This document shows positions 8,613-17,542 of a DNA stretch of 24,000 bases, one piece after another (position 1 is the stretch's first letter; each line of letters begins with the position of its first letter). The stretch is from Mesorhizobium sp. M8A.F.Ca.ET.218.01.1.1. Its GTDB lineage: Bacteria; Pseudomonadota; Alphaproteobacteria; Rhizobiales; Rhizobiaceae. The position numbers and the translations under genes were made by a program. The stretch spans positions 64,873 through 88,872 of the forward strand of contig NZ_SRUZ01000009.1 in assembly GCF_004791165.1 (NCBI RefSeq). The letters run 5' to 3'. Below the pieces are notes generated by a model. That model was not told the DNA's origin and did no database searches. It was given only the letters and a program-made list of their open reading frames with translations.

Positions 8613-8686
8613 GGATAGATAGTGACCGTAGATGAGCATGGCGCGCGCGGCTAGATAGCGACACCGCCAAGTAGAACTCCATGCTC
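8613..8686. repeat. Repeat-rich intergenic spacer between the abiEii stop and the SIR2-operon start
   Basis: Direct repeat TAGATAGYGAC at 8616-8626 and 8652-8662 (1 mismatch, 36-bp spacing). 8-bp inverted repeat GAGCATGG (8634-8641) / CCATGCTC (8679-8686). Function unknown; it could be a promoter/operator for the SIR2 operon or a terminator-like structure for abiE. Confidence 0.4.
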
Positions 8687-8698
8687 CGGCAGCAGACC

Positions 8699-9763
8699 CT
8701 ATTTCGGTGTGTCGGCGGCCGGAACATCTTTGTTGATCGTCGTCTGCAGCTTTTCGATGCGCGCAAGGATCTCATCGAACGAATAAGATTTCTCGTCGAA
8801 CATCATCGCCTGCATGGCTTGGTAGTCGGTGCGCAGGTCCTTTAGGCGATACTCGGCCGGCATCAGACGCAGGGTGCCCGAACGCGCGGTGTCATAGCTC
8901 GCCCAGCTCGATCGAAAGTACACGGCCTTGTGCCTGGCGACCTGCGCCAACATCTCGAAGTCGACAGCCGCCGCCTGCCCCTCGGCCGTGTCGAGAAGCA
9001 TCGCCACATCATAATAGTGGCGTGAAAAATACTGAGGGGTGGGAGAGTCTTCGGGACGGTGCGCTTCGGAGTGAAGCGCAGTGGCCTTCTCCCAGAAAGT
9101 CCTGCGCGCCGCCAGCACCGTGATGGTGCAATCCGGATTCTCGAAGAAGGTGGGGAAATCGTCAGCTGAATAGGGTCGGATGGTCTTCTGCTCGGTCGGC
9201 CAAGGATCGCCGCGTGCACCGAACTCCAGTTTGACGCGCGGAGTTATGTAGGTGACGCCTTGATAGTCCTGACCGGTCAGCGCGGCCGGGTAGTGAAAGT
9301 TCAGGGTCTGGGGGTCGTTGGCGTCGACCTCCAGCGACCAGTTGCCCTTGACCGGCTCGCCAAGTTGGACAGCGATCGCCTCTCGCAGGGCAGGAAGCAT
9401 GTTGTTGGCGATATGTTTTTCGACATCGGCCATGAGCGCATCGATGAGCTTGGCGGACTGCTTCTTGCTGATCCCTTCCCGCTCTGGATCCCGATCACCA
9501 TCATAGCCGAGGTCGGCACGATCGAATGAGAGGTCGATGTCCTCCGAAAAGCGTCGGATTGCACCATAGGCCTTGGAGAGAGAGGTGCCACCTTTGAAAA
9601 CCAGAGTGGGCGCATCGCCCTTCTGGAGTTCAAAGAGACGCTTCAAGGTCCAGCAAACCCAGAAGTCCTTCTCGATGATAATGCTGGCGACGCCGCGCAA
9701 GGCGCCGGACTCGCCGAAGACAGCCGCCCTATCGGACGCGTCCTGGCGAGCGAAGCTATCCAT
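8699..9763 (-). CDS. abiEii: AbiEii/AbiGii-family nucleotidyltransferase toxin (type IV TA / abortive infection)
   Basis: IIEKDFWVCWTLKRLF, then LVFKGGTSLSKAYGAIRRFSEDIDLS (the GS...DxD NTase motif typical of AbiEii). I place the start at ATG 9763 (MDSFARQ...). That start overlaps the abiEi stop by 8 nt (ATGGATAG). Confidence 0.9.
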   Translation of the reverse strand: MDSFARQDASDRAAVFGESGALRGVASIIIEKDFWVCWTLKRLFELQKGDAPTLVFKGGTSLSKAYGAIRRFSEDIDLSFDRADLGYDGDRDPEREGISKKQSAKLIDALMADVEKHIANNMLPALREAIAVQLGEPVKGNWSLEVDANDPQTLNFHYPAALTGQDYQGVTYITPRVKLEFGARGDPWPTEQKTIRPYSADDFPTFFENPDCTITVLAARRTFWEKATALHSEAHRPEDSPTPQYFSRHYYDVAMLLDTAEGQAAAVDFEMLAQVARHKAVYFRSSWASYDTARSGTLRLMPAEYRLKDLRTDYQAMQAMMFDEKSYSFDEILARIEKLQTTINKDVPAADTPK

Positions 9764-10385
9764 TGGCCGCGTCCGATCTGGTGTCCGCAATGGCGCGCAG
9801 CGTCGGGCGCATCCAGGCCGGGGCCTGAACGGCCGTCGACGCGAGCCTCTTCTTGTCGCTCGGCGACAGCTGGCGCGACGCGACGTGAACGATATCGGCC
9901 GCCCGTGACGGCCCCAGATGGCGTAGCGCCTGAACAACAGTCCCCGCCGCACTGCCCGGTGCGATGAGATGCTTGGGCGAAGCGTGGCGGAGATCGACGA
10001 TGCGTTTTCCGAGCACCACCCGACGGGATGGTCCATCCGTCAGGTATGAACTGCGGGCCGGAACCTGGGTCGATAGGCCGAGGACGTTCGCCGCGCGCGG
10101 GCCGGCGACCTGCACCTGAGAGCCTGTCTCTCTGGCCAGTGCCTGGGCGATGTCATCGGCCGCTGGAGAAAGGGGACCAAGCTTTGGATGCATTTTGGGG
10201 AAATCGTAAAGGCCGCGCGCGAGGCGACGGAGCCTGCCGCTCTTGACGAGGCGAGACAGGGCCTGATCGATCGCCGCCCGCGCAGCCAGGTCAAGGAAAT
10301 CGTTGGGCGTGAAAACGCTGCCGCGTCCGCTACTGCGGGCGCGCCTTACAATCCGATCTGGAGCTGACGTAACGGTCGTGTTCAT
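9756..10385 (-). CDS. abiEi: AbiEi-family antitoxin / transcriptional autoregulator
   Basis: 209 aa. Its N-terminal winged-helix-like segment (GSVFTPNDFLDL...ALSRLVKSGRLRRLARGLYDFP) is typical of AbiEi. It lies directly upstream of abiEii and overlaps it. Confidence 0.85.
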   Translation of the reverse strand: MNTTVTSAPDRIVRRARSSGRGSVFTPNDFLDLAARAAIDQALSRLVKSGRLRRLARGLYDFPKMHPKLGPLSPAADDIAQALARETGSQVQVAGPRAANVLGLSTQVPARSSYLTDGPSRRVVLGKRIVDLRHASPKHLIAPGSAAGTVVQALRHLGPSRAADIVHVASRQLSPSDKKRLASTAVQAPAWMRPTLRAIADTRSDAANG

Positions 10386-10386
10386 G

Positions 10387-10416
10387 TGTCAGAAAATAGT
10401 ACATATTTTTCTGACA
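10387..10416. promoter_or_regulatory. Perfect 10-bp inverted repeat abutting the abiEi start codon; candidate AbiEi operator
   Basis: TGTCAGAAAA (10387-10396), a 10-nt AT-rich spacer, then TTTTCTGACA (10407-10416). It begins 2 nt upstream of the abiEi ATG (10383-10385, minus strand). Confidence 0.5.
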
Positions 10417-10779
10417 TGCAAGGCCTACGTGATACGCGAAGTTGGGCGTTTCAAGCGAGTTTGCCGGCCGCGGTCCGCGAAAGGACCGGCGTCTGGGTTT
10501 TGTCGATCGATGACCGTTATGACGTGACCTTAGCCCCTCTCCAAGGGTTCCTTGTACGCCCTCCCATCGATTGCCATAAGTTTGGCCACTCTTCATCCCC
10601 AGACCGCTCGATGATGGTTCATTACTCGGTCGGTTGCATGTTGACCAAGCTCCGACGTTTGAATTTCACCTGGTCCCCTTTGGGCCACCGTCCGTAACTC
10701 TCTTATTCAAAACCCGTGCAGCCAATTGACACCTGCTTGGACAAACAGCACAACCGACGGCTGGGCTTGGAAACTTCTT

Positions 10780-12552
10780 ATGTGGTCCGATTCGGATACC
10801 GACATCGACTTTTTGAACTATTCGGAAGTTGCGGAGGTTGTTGTAGACCTTCTCGCCGACCCGAAATTGTTGCCACTTTCTGTCGGCGTGTTCGGCGGCT
10901 GGGGAATCGGAAAGTCAACTACACTTCGCCTTGTTGAGCGCGAATTGGATAAGGCACCGGAACGCTATCTCGTCATCAAGTTCGATGCTTGGATGTATCA
11001 GGACTTTGATGACGCGCGCGCCGCACTGATGAGTGTGATCTCCGGTGCGCTTGTAAAGGCGGCCCCGCCTGCCCTCAAGGACAGAGCGAAATCCTTGATC
11101 GGGCGCGTGAACAAACTACGGTTTTTGGGCGTGGCGCTGGAGGCCGGCGCCTGGGCAATGGGTGTGCCCACCTTCGGGGCGATTTCCAAAGGTGTGACAG
11201 CCGCTGGCGCGCTTTTTTCGGGTTCGCAAGAGGACACGAACCTCGAAGCCGTCAAGGATGCCGCCTCTGACGTCCAGTCACGCGGTGCATCGCTCTTGCG
11301 CGAGGCGGAAGAGAAGGGTCCGCCCGATGAGATCGACGCATTTCGTGCCGAATTCAAAGCTGTTCTCCAGGACCTCGGGAAAACGATGGTCGTCTTCATC
11401 GACAACCTCGACCGCTGTTTGCCCCGAAACGCCATAGAGACCATGGAGGCCGTGCGGCTTTTCCTGTTCATGCCCAACAGTGCATTCGTCGTAGCCGCCG
11501 ACGAGGACATGATCCGACATGCCGTCAGTCAACACTTCAACAGCCCCTCGCAGCGCCACATCACCGACTATTTGGATAAGCTGATCCAGGTCCCGGTAAG
11601 GGTGCCAAGGGCGGGCATACAGGAGGTCCGCGCATACCTTATTCTGCTGCTTGCGAGCCGGTCCGATCTGAATGACGGAGCCGTTGAAAAACTGCGGCTC
11701 TATCTCATCGACCGCCTCCGGACCTCATGGAAGGATGATGGCGACTTCACGATCAACGAGATGCTGACCCAGTCCGGCGTGCAGGCGTCGAAAGAGCTGG
11801 CGACTGCATGGGAGATGGCCGACAGGATGGCGCCGATCCTGGCCCTGTCGCCCGGCGTCGTCGGCAACCCCCGCACCGTGAAGCGCATGCTCAACGTGGT
11901 GAGGATGCGGGCGAACGTTGCTCGTCGCCGTGCAATGCCTATCGACGAGGCGATGATCACCAAATTGGCGTTGTTCGAGCGTTGCACCGACATCGATGCG
12001 ACGGAAGAGCTTCATAATCTCATCAACGCCAGCCCGCGCGGAAAGCCCGCCATCCTGGCCAACCTTGAACATGCCAAGCCCGGCGTAACAGTCGCTGACT
12101 TGCCTGAGAAGTGGTCGAAACATGCTCCATTTCTGATGGAATGGGCGAAGCTGCCGCCTGGGCTGGCTGGTGTTGATCTGCGGCCTGCAGTGTACCTCGC
12201 CCGGGAGACTGTCCCGCTTCGCATGAGATCCGGTTCTCTCGCCGGCGGCGCTGCAAAAGCCGTCGAAACACTCCTTCAGATCCGGTCCGTGTCTTCGCCA
12301 GCCGCCAAGGCGGCGTTGGACAGCCTGCAGCCGGGGGACATGATCCCCGTCATGGAAGCGGTCATCGAGGTGATGAGAAAAGACTCTGATTGGTCGCGAG
12401 CACGGATGGATTTTCGTGGAGCCACATTGGTTGCCGACAGATCCGCAGCCGCGGCCGAATTGCTGAACCGCTTTTTCAGATCGCTGCAGCTTCCGAAGAC
12501 CCCGGGATGGGTCTCAACGATGCTCAAAGACAAGCCGTGGTGGGAGGAGTGA
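10780..12552 (+). CDS. qatA: QatA: KAP-family P-loop NTPase
   Basis: MWSDSDTDIDFLNY...SVGVFGGWGIGKSTTL (Walker A, nt 10894-10920), VIKFDAWMYQD, and Walker B VVFIDNLDRC, the KAP hallmark. The tracked ORF starts at TTG 10726. ATG 10780 fits the family N-terminus better. Confidence 0.85.
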   Translation: MWSDSDTDIDFLNYSEVAEVVVDLLADPKLLPLSVGVFGGWGIGKSTTLRLVERELDKAPERYLVIKFDAWMYQDFDDARAALMSVISGALVKAAPPALKDRAKSLIGRVNKLRFLGVALEAGAWAMGVPTFGAISKGVTAAGALFSGSQEDTNLEAVKDAASDVQSRGASLLREAEEKGPPDEIDAFRAEFKAVLQDLGKTMVVFIDNLDRCLPRNAIETMEAVRLFLFMPNSAFVVAADEDMIRHAVSQHFNSPSQRHITDYLDKLIQVPVRVPRAGIQEVRAYLILLLASRSDLNDGAVEKLRLYLIDRLRTSWKDDGDFTINEMLTQSGVQASKELATAWEMADRMAPILALSPGVVGNPRTVKRMLNVVRMRANVARRRAMPIDEAMITKLALFERCTDIDATEELHNLINASPRGKPAILANLEHAKPGVTVADLPEKWSKHAPFLMEWAKLPPGLAGVDLRPAVYLARETVPLRMRSGSLAGGAAKAVETLLQIRSVSSPAAKAALDSLQPGDMIPVMEAVIEVMRKDSDWSRARMDFRGATLVADRSAAAAELLNRFFRSLQLPKTPGWVSTMLKDKPWWEE

Positions 12553-12561
12553 CGAAAGGGT

Positions 12562-13323
12562 ATGGGGACATCGTCGTCGTCTAAGGGGCGCAAGAACAAC
12601 AGCCCGATGGTTCCACCGCATGCCGATGCCAATCCAGGCCAACCGGTACCTGCGCCCGAGGGACAGCGGTTCAGGGGCTTTCGTACGGAGTTTGGCCGGG
12701 CAGTGGCTGGCGCCGGCGGTGGATCTCTGTCTGCCGCGCTAGGCAAATATGCGCGTGACGCAACAGGGGGTGCCACAGTCGGACCCCGAAGGTTTGGCAC
12801 TGCATACCAAGCCGGCGGCGCGCTTGTCGGGCTGCTCAACGATCTTCAACAAGGCGGCTCTGGCGCCGAGTTCGCGGGAATAGACCTATCGACGCTGAAT
12901 GGACGCCCCCTGGCCGAGGCGGTTCAGGCGATTGCGCAAGCACTCGCCCCTGAGAATGCGGATGCCGACCTGATCCGCATAGCGGTACAAGAGGCGCTGG
13001 CCGAAGTGTTGCCCGATACCGCGTCATTCGAACCCGCCGATCTTGATGGCGACGTGTTGATCGCAGTCCTGATCGAGTTTTTCACGAGGATCATCTTTCA
13101 GGACATTGTCAGCGACGCCGGGGACGCCTGGAACAAGGCTCCTGACCAGGATCGCACGATCGAGGCGGAGAACGAACTTTTTGACATTATCCATGCCGCG
13201 GTCGACAGGCACCTTTCGCCTGCTCTGGCCAACGGGATGCAGAACATGACGCGGGCGCAAGTGGAGGCACAGGAACGTCGCGCAATGGACGCGATCTGGG
13301 CCGAATGGGAGGGAAATGAGTGA
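12562..13323 (+). CDS. qatB: QatB: unknown-function partner protein of the Qat system
   Basis: 253 aa. RBS AAGGG at 12556-12560. Gly/Ser/Pro-rich, low-complexity N-terminal region of about 90 aa, then a helical acidic domain. Identified by its position between the KAP NTPase and QueC-like genes. The stop overlaps the qatC GTG (GTGA at 13320-13323). Confidence 0.7.
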   Translation: MGTSSSSKGRKNNSPMVPPHADANPGQPVPAPEGQRFRGFRTEFGRAVAGAGGGSLSAALGKYARDATGGATVGPRRFGTAYQAGGALVGLLNDLQQGGSGAEFAGIDLSTLNGRPLAEAVQAIAQALAPENADADLIRIAVQEALAEVLPDTASFEPADLDGDVLIAVLIEFFTRIIFQDIVSDAGDAWNKAPDQDRTIEAENELFDIIHAAVDRHLSPALANGMQNMTRAQVEAQERRAMDAIWAEWEGNE

Positions 13324-14630
13324 CGCTGTGCCGCTTCTTTCTGGACAAGGAGACTTTTCCCGCCGACTGCCCTCCCAACGAATTGCACGTTCTCCTTTAC
13401 GGAGGATCAGCCCCAATTCCGGGAGCCATCGCCATCGGGAACCAGGTCCGAGACCTCTTTTTGCGTTTCGGTGTGCAGCCGTCCGCGACAGCCGTTGATT
13501 TTGTGTCCATCGCGCTCGCGGTCACCGCGGCCGACACATTCGTTTTAAGAGATGACGCTGCGGACAGCTGGAGCAGGGATATCGAGATCCACCTGCCGCT
13601 GCGAGCACCCGACACATGGAATATGGTAAAGTCCCAACTGCAGCGCCTGCTCGGCTTTCTGAGCGGTGACCAATGGCGTTTTCACTTTGAAGGCGGCGGC
13701 GAGGCTCCTCCCCTTCCCTCGGTCATCCGGCAGCATGACAGACGGATAGACCTCCTTGCCGGCGATCTCGTTTCGCTTTTCTCAGGAGGTCTGGACAGCA
13801 CCGTCTCTACGTTCCGGCTCATCGAGGAGAGCGCCCGCCCGGTCCTGGTTTCTCATGCCTACACCGGCGACAAATCCGTCCAGAACGCCATTGTCGCCCG
13901 CTTACCGACAGCCCTTCAGCACGTCTCGGTAAATGCCTGGCCAAACTCGGAGCGCACGTCCGAGATATCGATGCGTTCCAGAAGCTTCCTCTTCATAGCC
14001 ATCGCCGCTTTGGTTTGTGACGTGAAATCAAGGCTGGTCGGCGGGCGCCCGATCGCACTGCAAGTTCCCGAGAACGGCCTGATTGCGTTGAACGCGCCAT
14101 TAACGCCGAGACGGATCGGGTCCCATAGCACGCGCACAACGCATCCCTTTTTCTTGGATGGTGTCCAAGCGATTTTCGGCGCCGTTGGCATCCCGGCCAC
14201 GATCGACAATCCGTTTGCAACCTGGACAAAAGGGCAAATGGTGCGATCGGTGAGCGGGAGCGAACTCTTTCAGGCCATTGCCTCAGAAACAGTCTCTTGC
14301 GGAAAGTGGAAGCGAGAAGGCCAACAATGCGGACGCTGCGTGCCCTGTCTCATCAGACGGGCGTCTCTCTACGAAGGTGACGTGGATGACCAGACCTCTT
14401 ACCAGTCTGCCAGCCTCGTTGAGGTGATGAAAGTCGAAGACACCCGAGACGACCTGGTCGCGATGCTCTCGGCCGTCAAGCGCTTGGACAGTGCCAATGC
14501 CGACACGTGGGTTGCTCAATCAGGGCCTATGCCTGCCGATGTCGATCGCCGATCGGCCCTTGTCGATGTCCATCGACGCGGTCTAATGGAGGTCGGCAGA
14601 TACCTCGCGGACAGTGGCTTCAAGATGTGA
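13320..14630 (+). CDS. qatC: QatC: QueC-like PP-loop ATPase with a roughly 150-aa N-terminal extension
   Basis: PP-loop SGGLDS (nt 13782-13799). C-terminal Cys cluster CGKWKREGQQCGRCVPC, as in the QueC zinc site. GTG start. Confidence 0.9.
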   Translation: MTLCRFFLDKETFPADCPPNELHVLLYGGSAPIPGAIAIGNQVRDLFLRFGVQPSATAVDFVSIALAVTAADTFVLRDDAADSWSRDIEIHLPLRAPDTWNMVKSQLQRLLGFLSGDQWRFHFEGGGEAPPLPSVIRQHDRRIDLLAGDLVSLFSGGLDSTVSTFRLIEESARPVLVSHAYTGDKSVQNAIVARLPTALQHVSVNAWPNSERTSEISMRSRSFLFIAIAALVCDVKSRLVGGRPIALQVPENGLIALNAPLTPRRIGSHSTRTTHPFFLDGVQAIFGAVGIPATIDNPFATWTKGQMVRSVSGSELFQAIASETVSCGKWKREGQQCGRCVPCLIRRASLYEGDVDDQTSYQSASLVEVMKVEDTRDDLVAMLSAVKRLDSANADTWVAQSGPMPADVDRRSALVDVHRRGLMEVGRYLADSGFKM

Positions 14631-15361
14631 TCGATTTTCATTGCCATCTCGACCTCTATCGGTATCCCGAGCTTGCGGTCGAAGATGCGGACAAATCAGG
14701 GGCTTATGTCCTCTGCGTGACCACGACGCCAAGGGCGTGGAAGTCAACGTCGGCATTGTGTGCGAACCGGCCACGGATCCGCACAGCCTTGGGGCTGCAC
14801 CCCGAACTCGCCCATGAGCGCGAAGGTGAGTTACCCCTTTTCAAGCATTTTGCCTCTGAGACCAGATATTTTGGCGAAATCGGCCTGGATGGCTCCGAGC
14901 ATTTGCGAAGCGCGAAGGCGGCTCAAGAGCGCGTCTTCACTGCCATATTGGCCACAGCAGCAGACCTCGGCGGCAAGATCCTGTCCATTCACAGCCGCCG
15001 CGCCGCTGACGAGGTCCTTGATTGTCTATCCAAACACTCCGCTGCCGGCACTCCCATCTTGCATTGGTTCAGCGGATCTCAAAGACAGCTCAGACGGGCT
15101 GTCGACCAGGGCTGCTGGTTCAGCTGCGGGCCCTCCATGTTGAAGTCAGAGAACGGAAAGGCGATTGCAAGGTCCTTGCCGCGCAACCGCGTGCTCACCG
15201 AAACCGACGGTCCATTCGCTCTCGAAGGCAGTCGGCCGCTTCAGCCAAAGGATTCCTGGCAAGCATTGAAGATGCTCTCCGACATCTGGCAAATCCCCGA
15301 AGCGGAAGCGGCTGCAATTCTCAAACACAATCTTGTGGCGCTGACAACGGGCAAGCCGTAG
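14627..15361 (+). CDS. qatD: QatD: TatD-family metal-dependent hydrolase/DNase
   Basis: (V/M)IDFHCHLD at the N-terminus (the TatD HxH motif), then GEIGLD and SIHSR. GTG 14627 overlaps the qatC stop (GTGA). The tracked ATG at 14507 would overlap qatC by 124 nt and add a Cys/Arg-rich non-TatD leader. Confidence 0.85.
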   Translation: MIDFHCHLDLYRYPELAVEDADKSGAYVLCVTTTPRAWKSTSALCANRPRIRTALGLHPELAHEREGELPLFKHFASETRYFGEIGLDGSEHLRSAKAAQERVFTAILATAADLGGKILSIHSRRAADEVLDCLSKHSAAGTPILHWFSGSQRQLRRAVDQGCWFSCGPSMLKSENGKAIARSLPRNRVLTETDGPFALEGSRPLQPKDSWQALKMLSDIWQIPEAEAAAILKHNLVALTTGKP

Positions 15362-15570
15362 GGCCTGCATCAAGTCGGAAAGGCCAGCACGGGCCATCGT
15401 CGCGACGTCGTTGGGCAACGCAATCTGATGCTGGAAAGGCTCGATCAATGACCGACGGCGTTGAGATGCTCCGGCTGCGCTTGGTGAGCCATGACAGACA
15501 TCGCTGTGTGGCGCATAGCTGTGGACGTGAACGGAAAATCCTTGTGTAATAGAAAGAGGGGGACAGCACC

Positions 15571-17535
15571 ATGGACAAGGAAAGACCAAACCAGGCCGTC
15601 CTGTTCGATGACCGTTTCCTGGACAAATATGCAGGGCCGATCATTTCCGATCCTGCAGTGGCCATCGTTGAACTTGTCGCGAATGCTTGGGACGCCTACG
15701 CGACCAAGGTGGATATAGTCTGGCCCAAGCGCAGCCAAGACATCCGATTTTCCATCACTGACAACGGCAAAGGGATGACCCCGGCGCAGTTCGAGAGGCG
15801 TTGGAATACGCTTGACTACAATCGCCTTGCCGACGAGGGCACCAAGTCGGGGCCGCCCGAGGATCTGTCAGACTCCCCTCCCCGAAACCCGTATGGCCGC
15901 AACGGTAAAGGCCGCCATGCGGCCTTCAAGTTCTCCGACCCTTACACGGTGCGCACCTGGCGGGACAGCGTCGAAACCGTCTACGAAGTTCGTCGCGGTG
16001 TCACCCAACCCTTCGACGTCATGGTGATCAACTCCCGCGACAAGGTCATTGGGCATGGTACGGAGATAATGGCGACCGCCTCCGATGGCACTTCCATGGG
16101 CGCGGACACAGCCCGCGAGATCATCGGCACGCGCTTTCTCGCGGACCCGAATTTCGTGGTCTCGCTCGACGGAACTTTGGTCACATTCGATGACATCCCG
16201 ACGCGCAACATCCAGAAGGTCAACGTCGACGTGCCCGGCTTTGGGGTGGTCCAGATCGTAATGATCGATAGCCAGAAAGCCGATCGGACCACGAGGCAGC
16301 ACGGCATTGCATGGCGCGTGAATTCGCGGCTTGTCGGAAACCCGGGCTGGGTCGGGTTCGACCATGAGCGTATCCTCGACGGGCGGAGCACCGAAGCGAA
16401 ACGCTTCCAGTTCATCGTCTCGGCAGACATCCTCGAGAATGCGGTGCAGCCGGACTGGAGCGGGTTCCTTCCCAATGACCCGGCATGGCAGGCCACCCGG
16501 CCCGCCGTGCATGCGCAGATCAAGCAGTACCTCTCCACCTTCTCTGCTGATCGCCGCCGTGAGGCGAAACACTCCGTCAAGGAACAGCTGGTCAAGACGG
16601 TGCGGCAGCTACCTCCCGTTGGGCGCGAACGCTGGAATCAGTTCGTGGATGAGGTGATCGATAATTGCCCCTCGATCTCGACGGAAGAGATCGGCAAGGT
16701 CGCGGGCATCCTCGCCAATCTTGAACTGAGCACGTCGAAATTCAGCCTAGTAGGGAAGCTGAACGAGCTGCAGCCGGGCGATCTCGATGCGCTGTACGAA
16801 CTCCTCGACGACTGGACTCTCAGGCTCGCGAAGGACGCCCTCGATGAAATCCAGACGCGCCTGAAGCTGATCAAGGACTTGGATAAGAAGCTTCGCGACG
16901 ACACCATGGACGAGGTCGGCGACCTGCAGCCGCTGTTCGAGCGATCGCTGTGGGTGTTCGGCCCTGAGTTTGAGAGCCTCGAGTTCACAAGCAACAAAGG
17001 CATGACGGAGGTCATTCGCAAGATATTTGGGTCGAATGAAACGGGTAGCAGGCAGCGACCCGATTTCGTGATGCTGCCCGATGGCAGCGTTGGGCTTTAT
17101 AGCCGCGACGCGCATGATCTCGGACATGAAGTGGATGGTGTGTCCCGCCTGGTCGTGGCCGAGATCAAGAAGCCCGGCGTGGGCATAGGCTCCGAGCAGA
17201 AAGATCAGGCGTGGCGGTATGTGAAGGAGCTGAGGAGCAAGGGGCTTCTGACCGAAGCGGCCGTGACGACCTGTTACATCCTCGGCTCGAAGATCGATGC
17301 CGCCGAGGGCGGGAGTCGAACCGAGTGGGACGGACGCGTTACCATCATCCCGATGACCTACAATACTTTCATCCGTAGAGCGGAAAAGCGAATGCTCGGC
17401 CTTCGCGAAAGGCTAAAGGAGGCCCCGTTCCTGAAGGAACACGGTGTTGATGGCGATGCCTTCATCACGCCGCCACCGGATCCACAGCGGGACCTGCTAG
17501 CCGCTGCCGGCGCAGGTGCTTCGGCACACCCTTAG
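15571..17535 (+). CDS. MORC-like GHKL ATPase fused to a C-terminal Shedu/DUF4263-like PD-(D/E)xK nuclease core
   Basis: 654 aa. RBS AGAGGGGGA at 15555-15563. Bergerat-fold motifs: N-box ELVANAWDA (nt 15670-15696), G1 DNGKGM (aa 64-69), G2 [11 protein letters not shown] (aa 109-119). C-terminus: [22 protein letters not shown] (D498, nt 17062-17064), VVAEIKKP (E531/K533, nt 17161-17169), QAWRY (Q546), [13 protein letters not shown]. Confidence 0.8.
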   Translation: MDKERPNQAVLFDDRFLDKYAGPIISDPAVAIVELVANAWDAYATKVDIVWPKRSQDIRFSITDNGKGMTPAQFERRWNTLDYNRLADEGTKSGPPEDLSDSPPRNPYGRNGKGRHAAFKFSDPYTVRTWRDSVETVYEVRRGVTQPFDVMVINSRDKVIGHGTEIMATASDGTSMGADTAREIIGTRFLADPNFVVSLDGTLVTFDDIPTRNIQKVNVDVPGFGVVQIVMIDSQKADRTTRQHGIAWRVNSRLVGNPGWVGFDHERILDGRSTEAKRFQFIVSADILENAVQPDWSGFLPNDPAWQATRPAVHAQIKQYLSTFSADRRREAKHSVKEQLVKTVRQLPPVGRERWNQFVDEVIDNCPSISTEEIGKVAGILANLELSTSKFSLVGKLNELQPGDLDALYELLDDWTLRLAKDALDEIQTRLKLIKDLDKKLRDDTMDEVGDLQPLFERSLWVFGPEFESLEFTSNKGMTEVIRKIFGSNETGSRQRPDFVMLPDGSVGLYSRDAHDLGHEVDGVSRLVVAEIKKPGVGIGSEQKDQAWRYVKELRSKGLLTEAAVTTCYILGSKIDAAEGGSRTEWDGRVTIIPMTYNTFIRRAEKRMLGLRERLKEAPFLKEHGVDGDAFITPPPDPQRDLLAAAGAGASAHP

Positions 17536-17542
17536 GATCAGC

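Noticed and set aside
9764-10036. A 91-codon N-terminal extension of the AbiEii ORF (tracked as 8699-10036, 445 aa).
   Set aside because: The extension is Arg/Ser/Pro-rich with no family similarity. It lies wholly inside the abiEi coding region in another frame. ATG 9763 gives the family-typical N-terminus and the usual antitoxin/toxin overlap.
10386-10697. A 103-aa plus-strand ORF in the abiE/qatA intergenic region, and the 63-aa ORF at 3377-3568.
   Set aside because: Neither has an RBS or any recognisable domain, and their composition is unlike neighbouring genes. The regions are better explained as promoter/operator DNA.
10726-10779. A TTG start extending QatA by 18 codons.
   Set aside because: KAP NTPase N-termini resemble MWSDxxxDxDxL, which begins at ATG 10780. 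The TTG has no better RBS. I cannot exclude it without N-terminal data.
14507-14626. An upstream ATG for the TatD-like gene (ORF 14507-15361).
   Set aside because: It would overlap qatC by 124 nt and add a Cys/Arg-rich leader unlike TatD proteins. GTG 14627 places the HxH motif at residues 5-7, as in TatD, and gives a GTGA overlap.
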